Of a DNA stretch of 64,000 nucleotides, positions 24,283 to 57,493 are shown piece after piece. Position numbers and translations under genes: made by a program. The stretch comes from Podarcis cretensis (taxonomy: Eukaryota). The notes beneath the pieces were generated by a model that did no database searches, was not told where the DNA came from, and saw nothing but the letters and a program-made list of their open reading frames with translations. Location: positions 35,402,001-35,466,000 of the forward strand of contig OX638154.1 of NCBI GenBank assembly GCA_951804945.1, read 5' to 3'. The stretch's first letter is position 1. The number at the start of each line of letters is the position of its first letter.

Positions 24283-26325
24283 GTAAGTTCTTTTGCCATA
24301 CTAGCAATATTCTTAAGGGTAAAGCCAAGCTAGCTCAGATGGTGTGATGCAACAACCTCCTTTGAGCAAAAAAAAAAAATGTGGCCAGTTTGCAGATTAC
24401 TAGCAGAAATGTCTGCTCATTTTGGAACCTCTTATTAAACAAAGCATCCTATAACCATGCCAAAGTGCAGTGAGCAGGCTAAAACACTCTTAATTTGACA
24501 GTTTCAGTTTGAAAATCATTTCACACTCACCCCTCATTCCCAACCATTCTTTTCATTGGTCATTGTACCAGGCCTAGTTCCTGTTTCAGGGCAATTGGTT
24601 ACCTCTCCAGCTGTTTAAAATCAAAACTACCCTAATACTTAGATAATTTTGGGTTTCTTTTGTTATTTCTCTGGAAAACCCTAAAACAGAGAGATCCAAA
24701 GCTTCCTTCAAATGGCCAAAGGCAGCCGATTCAAATTTTGAGCCTTTTTGAAAATGAGCAGAGTATACATCTGCCAAATTTTCTTGTCTGTGACAACTCA
24801 GTGTCTAGCTGGAATACGGTTGATAGCTAGTTAGTTGAAACATGTCCATCCTTAGCCTTTACTAGCATGGAAATTGTTCCGGGGTTCTCCCCAAAAGCCT
24901 GTAAGATTGGCAGCGAACTACTAAGTTTAAAAGTTTATGTCCTTGAGAGACAATGTGTTTGTTCTCATGTCTAGCATAGTTAAATGCTGGGGAAGGGGCT
25001 CTCTTCAATCCTCTAAATACTTGTTTATTGCTCAATAATGAAATGGAAAAGTAGTTGTGATGCCATAAAACATAATTAGGCAAAATTCTCAAGCCTCAAG
25101 ATCGTATTTCAAAATAATTGAGGGCTGCTGAAATGGAATTATAAGTACAGCCCAGAAAAGGGTCATAGCACAGTGGTAGAGCACATACTTTCCCATATAC
25201 AAGGTCCCAGGCTCAATCCCTGGCAGCTTCAGTTAAAAAGCCCTTTCAACAGGGCTGAGTAAGACCTTTGTTTTAAATAACATTCAGTAGCTGCTGATCA
25301 GTAGTACTGAGCTAGATGGACTAATATTCTGATACTTTATAAGGCAAATAATATTCTTAAAATAAGAAAAAAAAATCCTTCTAAAATCTTTTGTTCATTG
25401 CCCTAAAAACCCTGAAAATGACTGCTACTGTACATCAGTGTAGGAATTTCTTTCCTGCATTATGGATTTGACATAGTAAACAGTAAACCAGCAACTGTTC
25501 ATGAATACAATACTGGTGCAACATGCTCTGTAGAATAGAGGCCGTAAATTGTTGCTGGAGCAATTTCACTTCAGTTCATCTCTGTGCAATACAGTTGATG
25601 TTTGCTTAAATTTATTAAATAAAGGTTGAGGAGAACTGAGACCAGCTGTTATCTTGCTGCCAGTGTTCCTGGTGTCCTAAATATAGTTAATGACCAGTTT
25701 TGAAGTGCTCATTACTTGAAATTCAGGTACTAGTCTCTCTTCTCCAAATCATGAGAAGGAAAGAAAGACTTCGCCTGAACCCTTAGGGTTAATGAACACA
25801 GATAACGTAGTGTTATCTGTGTAAAATTCCAGTTTTTGAATTGTTTATGTGTGAATGTACTCTCTAGAACCTATGTAATAAGCAGTTTTTCTGTGTCTCA
25901 TTAATAGTGCCAGTTCTTCTGCTATCCCTTTCAAATGGGAAAATATAAAATACTATTATAATTCTATCTGGACATACTGTTTGCTGCAGTGCAAGAACAT
26001 GCAACATGTTCCAACTCTTAGCTCAATCTATTACTCAGTTATTTCAAATGACACTTCTCCCTTGTGAGTACTTTTGTGTAAGAGCTGGTCAGAGTTCTGG
26101 TAGTATGAGCAAATCAGAACATTGTTGGAGAGGAATTGACCTAGAAATAGTGCTTGCTAATACTATTTATACTGTAATCCTATTTTTAAAAAAGAAATTT
26201 GGATTGATTGCTTTCGACTTCCAGGTCTCTTGAGAAATGGAATTTGATAATTACTTGGATGTGTTTAAAGATGTGCTAACTATTGACTAGTTATACTGTG
26301 TACTATGTTATCACAGCTGTATGAG

Positions 26326-26466
26326 ATGGAGAACCATTATACTGTGTCATCAGATCCTCTCCCCCCTCCTGCAGCTCCCCCTCCTTCTCATCCTTTACCT
26401 TTCTCTTCATCTTCTACTTCATCCGGGTCTAAAAAACAGAAGAGGACCCCTCTTTATCAGAGATCT
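26326..26466 (+). CDS. CSDE1: Alternative N-terminal coding exon of CSDE1 long isoform (MENHYTVSSDPLPPPAAPP...KKQKRTPLYQRS)
   Basis: Resembles the N-terminal extension of the long human CSDE1 isoform as recalled. Candidate acceptor tcacag ends 26316; phase-0 donor GTAAGT at 26467. Confidence 0.82.
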
Positions 26467-28120
26467 GTAAGTCAGGGCAACTTGACAGACATGGAATCTT
26501 AGCATGGGGATCCTTTGCAGTTAACTCATCTCTGTATATGTTCTCACTTCTAACTTCACTGATATTAAATCTCCTCAACAGGTTAAAGGATAAAATTCCA
26601 CTTGAACCAGCTGGAAATCTTGCTGGGTTCTTAAAAGGTGCTTTCCTGTATCTGTTTCAGAAACTTAATGAAAGCTTGGTCATGTATGTCTATGTGTTGC
26701 AACTTCATTTTATTCATTCTGATAAGTTGATTGAATGTATCTTGCCCACTTAGATTTATTTTCCTAAATCTTCGAAAGAATGATGTGATGGCATAGATAA
26801 TATAAATTCTACTTGATACATTTGTAATAGGAAACAGTTTATAGCAAGCACCTTCTCCAGATGCATTAATTTCTAAATAGGGAGTTGTTGCATCTTATGT
26901 TGCCAGAAAATGAGTTGCAGTATATCTTAGTGTTTTTTGGTTGGCATGTGTACAAGGGATTTCTGTTCTTGTTTCTTTGCAAGAAGAGAAATGACCACTA
27001 TTCTGTATTTCATAATGTTATCTTAGTGCCTGTACTAGTTGACAAAAACCAAAGCCTCTTTCAGCCCAATCCTATACTCAGAAATCCCACTGAGTTCAGT
27101 GGACCTTGCTCCTAAGTAATTGTCCATAGGAGGATTGCCCACATGCATCTCCAAAAGCTATGTGTGGGCTTAGAATCTGGCATTGTCCTTGGTGGGTAGG
27201 TCAACTGATTAATAATGATGACAGCAAAGGGCATTATTTCCAGCATAATGAGTAAGGATCTGTTTGGTTATAACTGTGCAGTTAGACTATTGTGTTTAGA
27301 GCTTCTTACACTTGGAACTTTTGTACACTTAATGGCTCCTTGGAGTTGCAGGAATTTTAGGTTTGCTTTCTTAAACAGATACACAGGAAACTGCAACATA
27401 TCTGTAAAATATATGGTCTCAAAATGCATGATTTTGGCAATTTCTTGCCTTGAGCCCTTTGACTTGCATGATATGTTCACTGATTCTTCTAACAGCAAAA
27501 GTTAAATGATACCCTAATGCTAACTTATCTCTGGATTTGATTTAACTTAAGATAGCTAAATTGTTTTTAAAGCGTATTTATATCTATGTGTTTCTAGAAG
27601 ATTAATGAGAATTCAGTAGGGCAGTTTTCTCTGTTTTCTGGCATTAACCAATGCATTTATGGCTAGAGAAGGAGCATTTAAGCTGAATGAGTACAGCAAA
27701 CAATTATGAAAGTTCGTAAGATATTAGGCCTCCAGTTCAACAAGGGTAGAGTAGGTGCTAATGGAAATTGCCTTGAGATTAGCAAGCTTTTGTCTTTGCT
27801 TTCTTGGTAGCCTTCTTTGGCAAAGGCAAGTTTATACTAATGACTAATTTTGAATAAAGTATTAACTTTATTCTGTATATAATGGGAAAATATAGCGCTA
27901 TATTAACCGCATATAGATAAATCCTACAAGGTAAATGTGGTTTAGTTACTGATGGATCTCAGCTAGACAAATAGTGTACACAAGCTGTGCCTTAGCTGCC
28001 AGAAACTTGCTTGCTTATCTGATGCTCTTTAATGCACAATATGTGTTCTGTGTTCCCTTAAGTATGAAAGGTGATGGGAATTGCTTTTGGAAGATTTCAC
28101 AAGTTATTTTTTGCTTTCAG

Positions 28121-47309
<19,189 letters not shown>

Positions 47310-47447
47310 CTGGTCTCAAAGCAAATAACTATGTTGGAGCAAGTGGTGGGGTCTGGTGAAGGGTACTGAATATCCCCATATTCATCCCTTCCAAATTCTA
47401 AAGAGCTATTACACCAGTTTTAACACCTTCCTCATGTTATGTTTAAA

Positions 47448-48550
47448 AATAAATTTATGAAACAGTTTTAAAATATGCACAGTTGCATCCTGGAGAACCT
47501 AAGGTGGCGCCTTATAGTATCACGTGTTAGAAGCTTTTTGAATGGTGCATTTAACGCAACTGGTAACTGCAAATCTATTTTGCCTCTTTAAGTAAACATT
47601 ATAGACAGTTCTACTCTGGTAGACCTTATGAAATTCTGCACTGAAAGGATATACATATATCTATCTATCTATATATTTCCTTAATTCACATCTTGCCAAG
47701 GTGTTACAATGCCTTAGCTTTCAGTTGCTTTACTCTCTCTTAAGACAGGAGAGGTTAAGTTCCTGTTCATTCTGCTCTAGTTTTGAGGACCATATGAGGA
47801 TGAATATACCAACTGTTTATATAGAATCCTGTATGAGCACTCAAACCAGTTCCTTAAGTTGATGGCCAAATGTTAAAATGTTTTGTATGTCTCATTTAAA
47901 CTAAAGTCCATATAGCAAGCAACGTTATCTCCTAGATCACATTGAAAGTATCTTCCAGAGTAGACTTGATAGTTTTTGTAATTATCTTCAATTAGCATGC
48001 ACAGTGCAGAATTTCATAAGGATAAGGTGTGCCATCAGTGTGATAACTTAAAGATATTTAAAACAATGCACAAATTTGCTGCTGCTTAGAACACTGCAGC
48101 TTCTAAACCCAGTTTATTTTACTGAATAAAAAATTTAAAAAGTTGTGCCTGAAGTGAATACTTTTTTTTTTTTTTTGCAGCCAGCACCCAGTGTACTGTA
48201 AAAGAATACTTAGGCTTTCCATAGCTGTATTGAGACTTTCATCAAGGTGAAATAGTTGATGTCTGTGTGCTTTTTTTTTTCCTCCCTCCAGGCCCCTTCT
48301 CTCCCCTCCCTCCCCTTCCTCAGCCACACTTTATCAAGCGAGCAAACTAAATGATTGGTCTAAGTATTACTTTAACCAAAAAGATCAGGAGTTATTTTCT
48401 TTGAATAGAGGGCAGTACTGTGTTTTTTCCCCATGTTACCTCTATTCTCAATTTAGGGTTTTTCTTCTCTGGGAGATGCATTATCTTTGTAAAACAAACA
48501 TTGCTTTCTCCAATTTTTCTGTTAATGGCGAAGAATGGAAATAGAATAAA
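47448..48550 (+). terminator. CSDE1: Three tandem AATAAA polyadenylation signals in the CSDE1 3'UTR (47448, 48125, 48545)
   Basis: AATAAA at 47448-47453, 48125-48130 and 48545-48550; mammalian UNR is known to use three poly(A) sites. Confidence 0.7.
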
Positions 48551-49310
48551 GTTTTACTGATTTTGAAAAACTGCCTCAATCTTGTAACTCCTTCATTAAG
48601 ACTATTCCTAGTCACAAAATATACTCCATGTGGTATAGATCAGTGTTGACTAACTTCTGTATTCTCAGGCCATTCTAGACACTTTGTCCAGCCCCTGTAA
48701 GGATGATCTGGCTCAGTGAAGTGTTGTAAGGGTTTCACTGGTACAGAGCACATGTCCTTGGATGGTATGAGGTCAGATGCTGAGCACAGGTTGGCAAGGA
48801 ACAGTGGTTTTTTCCCCAGGCAGGGGGTCTCTTCCACACATCCCACAGTGAAATGGATGTCATACCAGTCACACCAGGGAAGCTGAAGTTGAAATTGCCA
48901 TGTCTAAGTAGAATTAGAATAATTTCAAGATTTTTAAAAGATAACACTTAAAACCACACTGATTGCACTTTTTTTTTTTTAGTATCAAAGATTTCAGTTC
49001 AAACATTTTGGACTATGAGACAGAATCTTGAGATTTATGCAACATGTAAAATTAAAGATGTTCTTCATACATACATACACACACACTCACTATATTCAAA
49101 CACCTCAGATTTGTTGTCGTTAATTTAGGGCACATATTCCGATTAAAATTTGCCAGGAAACCTTTTTCACTGGTATGCTGAAACTTTGACACAACTGTGT
49201 GTTTGCATTCCCCACCCCAATAATTTGCAGGCAAATTATTAAGCTTGTCATGCAATTGCAATAGAAACTTTACACACCACCTCAATGCAGTCATTTCTTT
49301 TGCATGTGTC

Positions 49311-49839
49311 CTAGGGCTGTGCGTATTCCTGGTCCGCCGCTAGGCCCCAACTAGATCTGGCCTGCAAATGGATTGCGGACACTCGCCCGAAGCACGGGGA
49401 GCCCTCCGGAGGTCTCCCCGTGCTTCGGGCGACAGGCTGCCACCCCAAGCCTCGCGCACTCGGCGGGACCTCCCGCCAGGCGCGCAAGGCTTGCGGACAG
49501 CCACCCTCCGGAGGGCTCCCCGTGCTTCGGGCGACAAGCTGCCGCCCCAAGCCTCGCGCGCTCGGCGGGACCTCCTACCAGGCGCGCAAGGCTTGCGGAC
49601 ACTTGCCGGGGCTGCAGGCTGCTGCCCGCAAGCCTTGTGAGCCCGCGGGAACTCCTGCCGGGCTTGCAAGGCTTGTGGATAGCTTCCTGAAGGCTGGAGA
49701 GCGAGAGGGGTCAGTGCGCACCGATGCCTCTCGCTCTCCAGGCTTCAGCGAAAGCCTGCATTCGCCCCATAGGATGCACACACATTTCCCCTTCATTTTT
49801 GGAGGGGAAAAAGTGCGTCCTATGGGGTGAAAAATACGG
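49311..49839. mobile_element. CpG-rich Tc2-like element fragment (one TIR) with internal ~102-bp repeats
   Basis: Right end GTGCGTCCTATGGGGTGAAAAATACGG|TA resembles the TIR at 33972; internal tandem and inverted repeats. Confidence 0.65.
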
Positions 49840-50865
49840 TAATTTTCTACTACCCATAAATCCTTTCTGCAATGAAATTATCAGACTGATAAATGAGTTC
49901 ATAGACAGATTCTGACAGTAGTTATTCTCAGTGTGTAGTATATATGCAGCTATTTGTTTATACAAAGTATAAGTGCTTTGGTAAAAACCGATCACACTCT
50001 AAAGTTGGTCAACATGTCTAGCATGTTGCCAACTAGATGTTTCCAGAAGGCACAAGAACAAGAAATCAATAACACTCCTGCTCTTGTGCATGTGTGTACA
50101 CAATGCAGCTGCTATTACTTTCTCTGAACAGTTTTGAATTGATGTTTTATTTATTTAATAAAATTTATACACTGTTTGATTGTAAAAAACAACCCTCAAA
50201 GTAGTTTACATAGGATCTTGTTAATTATATTGTAAGAAAGTAACTTTATTTTGGCTATCCTGAATCTAATGAATTTCAGCTTCATTATGCAACTGATTTC
50301 AAGTGTTTGTGGATAAAGGTTCTCTTTATTCACTATCTCTATGATTTCATAAAACACTTGCTTATGTTAGACATATATACTATTTTTGCTATAATGGTAT
50401 CACTGGGTGCCCACTGTGATTTTACAAGTGTCATGAAGTACCTATTGGCCATTATAGGGTGGGTGTTGGGTGTAAAACATGTGTTTTCAGTATATTATCT
50501 CCCCCTCTCCTATCTTAAGAGGCTTGAGTAGAAGCCAAGTCTAGCTGGATTCAGAGGTGACGGGGAAAGAACTGTAGCACTGGTCCGTTCACATAGTGAG
50601 AAAAGGGAAGAAGAGCGAGGGTGGGACACCATGCAAAAAGCACATTTTCACAAAAGCACACTATCTTCTAGTGAGAAGGAATTTTGAAAAGTTCAATTCT
50701 TTTCATTCACACTCCAGTGGGACCCGTGCTCTGTAAGTGATAACATGTGCAAGGTCCTGCATTCAATCCCCTGCCATGACCACTTTAAAAAGGCAGCATG
50801 AGATCATTGTGAGAATATGTAGCAGCGGCTACAATGGACACACAAGTGTGCCTGATGGGCAGGGA

Positions 50866-51205
50866 TGATGATGTTGGCCTCCATCTGCCTCGAGAATAGT
50901 GTGCCCCAGGGGTGAAGTCCAACCGCTGCAAAGTGACCTCCCCAGGGTGCAAGCCCTGTGTATGGAGGTCTTGGGCTGCCCAGACGACAAGGCCACCCTC
51001 CCAGTTTTGCTGATGCAGCCCAAAGGAGGAGGATGATGATGATGATGATGATACCCCACCCATCTGGCTGAGTTTCCCTAGGAAAGCAAAGCAATATGCT
51101 TGGGACCAGCTTGGCTGTAGCAGCTGCAGCTAAGCTGGTGCAGGGGGCGGCGGCGTACAAGGCGCCATCCAACCATCTTAGGGACCCCACTCCGGATCCG
51201 TGTAG
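50866..51205. mobile_element. Interspersed repeat fragment (RTE-related, lacertid-type) abutting the NRAS promoter
   Basis: CCAGGGGTGAAGTCCAACCGCTG...GGGCTGCCCAGACGACAAG...GGCGTACAAGGCGCCATCCAACC resembles a common lizard repeat from memory; family assignment uncertain. Confidence 0.45.
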
Positions 51206-52070
51206 TCCAACAGCAGACGGAGGGCTACAATTCAGCGCCACCTGGCTCCATAAGCCACTGCTGTGGTCCTGAAGAAAGCGACTTCCATCAACTCCCGGGG
51301 GCTGCAGCGGGCATTGCGTTTGGCTTCGGACTCCTGCCAAAAACGAATCCGGCGCCGTCCTTCCTTCCTACTTGCCGCAACTGGGGTGGGCAGCGCCGTC
51401 CCGCGAGCCCTCCTCCCACCTGCTCTCGCCCGGCAAAAGGACAACAACATCCAGCCGCCCAGCGCTCCCCGCGGAGCCCTTGCTTTCGGTTAGCCCCGCC
51501 CAAGCGAGCGAGGTCTCCGAATACTTCCGGTGCCGGGGGATGACGTCATTTGTACGGCGGGTCGGAAGGACCGATTTTGGGAAGGGCGTTCTGGCGGCTG
51601 CGGAGCCTGGAAGTGAGGTGAGAGGCGAGTCGTAACGAGGAAAGGGGGAGGCAGGGCAGCCCCGTCTCCCCTTCGGGCTGAGGGGCTGGTCGGGAAGGTG
51701 CGGCGCTGTTTTTCTCCGCCTGGTGCCGGGAGAAGCTGCCTTGGGCGGCTCTTGGTTCGCTGCCCGGGTTGGGTGTGCCCGTCCCTTCCGCTGGAGCCGC
51801 TTCTCCCCTGGACCTCCATGCGGGCTGCTGGGGGCTCTATCTCAGCGGCTCTATCTGTTTGGGGGCCGGCAGCCTGAGGGCTTAGTGGGCGACCCCCTTT
51901 CGCTGCCCTTCTCGTATGGGGAAGGATCCTCCGGGGGCTGCCCGGCTGCCCTTGGTGGTCCCAAGGCGTGCAGAGAGATGGGGTGTTGGGGCTGCCAAGC
52001 GGGGCTCGCCTTTGCCCCCCTCTGGACATCAGACGTTGGCAGTCGCAGGCTAGACGCGAGTGAACGTAAG
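51140..52070 (+). promoter_or_regulatory. NRAS: NRAS CpG-island promoter and non-coding exon 1 (donor at 51618)
   Basis: GC box CCCCGCCC ~51494, ETS ACTTCCGG at 51523, full CRE TGACGTCA 51541-51548, donor GAG|GTGAGA. Confidence 0.82.
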
Positions 52071-52221
52071 AAGAGCCCTGATGATGGATCCAGGCCAGTG
52101 GTCCATCTAGTAGTCTTAACATCCTGTACCCACAGTGGCGGGACAGGTGCTTGTGGGAAGCCCGAAAGCAGGACACGGGTGCAACAGCACTCTGCCCACC
52201 TGTGATCCCCAGCCGCTGGTA

Positions 52222-52447
52222 CGGTGATACCTCGGGTTACATACGCTTCAGGTTACAGACTCCACTAACCCAGAAATATTACCTCGGGTTAAGAACTTTG
52301 CTTCAGGATGAGAACAGAAATTGTGCTCCCGTGGCGCGGCAGCAGCGGGAGGCCCCATTAGCTAAAGTGGTGCTTCAGGTTAAGAACAGTTTCAGGTTAA
52401 GAACGGACCTCCGGAACGAATTAAGTACTTAACCCGAGGTACCACTG
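52222..52447. mobile_element. Tigger-like MITE
   Basis: TA|CGGTGATACCTCGGGTTA ... TAACCCGAGGTACCACTG|TA. Confidence 0.8.
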
Positions 52448-53937
52448 TATTTGGAGGTGCACCGATTGCTGTCAGTGGAGGTGGAATATAGCCATTGTGG
52501 CTTGATAGCTTCCTCTGCCACAAGTTTGTGTTCTGAAATGTTTACATTTTGACACGAGACACGCCTAAATCTATTCACTGTATGCTCTGTATTGAAACAA
52601 CATTTCTGTTTATAAAATCATTTGTATGCTAGCCTTCTGTGCAAAGCCATCCAGTGCAGATTGCATAAAACCGTACATATACAAAATATAACAGCAGCAG
52701 TATTTGCAGTCATTTAAAAACCTAAGCTAGTTAAAAACAGTTTTAAAACATCAGTATAAATTGCTAATAGACAGAACTCTCTGCACCAAAATTACCAATT
52801 CTAAAAGAGCAACCTTTAAGAAAAAATGGACCAAAAGATAAGTTTTTAAGGACAACATAATGTTGAGGCCATACAAATCTGCTAACCACAGATGTCAGCT
52901 GCACTTCAAACTACAAATTTTGATGTCACACTTCAGGAAATGCAATACAGTCTGAGGCCAGTTGTCTTCTCTATCCAGATCAGTCAGATTCCCCATTCAG
53001 AGCAGCTCTATCTTATCTGAATTGAGTTTCAGCTGGGTTATCGTCATCCATCTCAAGATGGTCTCCAGTTTCCTATTCAGAAATCATTTACATATTTTTC
53101 ATCTTATTCTCACATCAGTTTAGGTTGAGCAGTAGCTTGCCCAGCACCACCCAGTAACTTTCTTTCTGCTGTAAAAGTTCCTTAATGGCCTTGTGCAAGC
53201 TGCTGTTCAACCTAAACTACTTCACAGTGTTGTGATAATAAGGGGACCCTCGGGCCCAGGGGCCATATGTGTCTCTCCAGGCCTCTCTACCTGGCCCACA
53301 AGACTCTTCCTAGGCCACACAGACTCCCGAGCCACACCCCTCCTTAAATATTTTTGCCTGTCTGGAATGCGCCTTTGACTTCTGATAACATTTCTTGTTT
53401 GCCTGGCTGGAGTTAAGAGAGGGATGTGTAACTTACAGTACAAACATATATCTACAGTTGCTCCCCCCACTAATGTTCTGTCCATGCTCACTACTGGCAT
53501 GTGGCCCCAAACAGGTTGCCATGAAGGGAATGTGGCCAGAGGCTGACCAAGCTTCTCCACTCCTGTGGAAGAGAATGGATTTGAGCCAGTGGCTACCTAG
53601 GCTAATAATGCAATCCTGTGCGTGCCTACTCAAAAGTAAACTCTACAGAACTTTCTCTCAGGTAAATGTGTACAATATTGCAGCCCAGGTCTAAGATCTT
53701 ACACTGCTGAGCCTGTATTGGGGGGTTGGGGTTGGGTCCAGATCAATCATCCATGAATTCTCAGACTGAGTTTGGCCTTGTTTTGTTTAATTTATCATCT
53801 GCCTTTCAGCCTGTGGTAAAGCCCTCTTGCTGGCTACTACATTACCAAACATGTTGGGTGTTCAGAATTTTTATTCTGTCTCTGCATTTGCTATGTGTTT
53901 CTGAAAGACATTCCCTTGGAGATCTTGGCTCTGCTAA

Positions 53938-57493
<3,556 letters not shown>

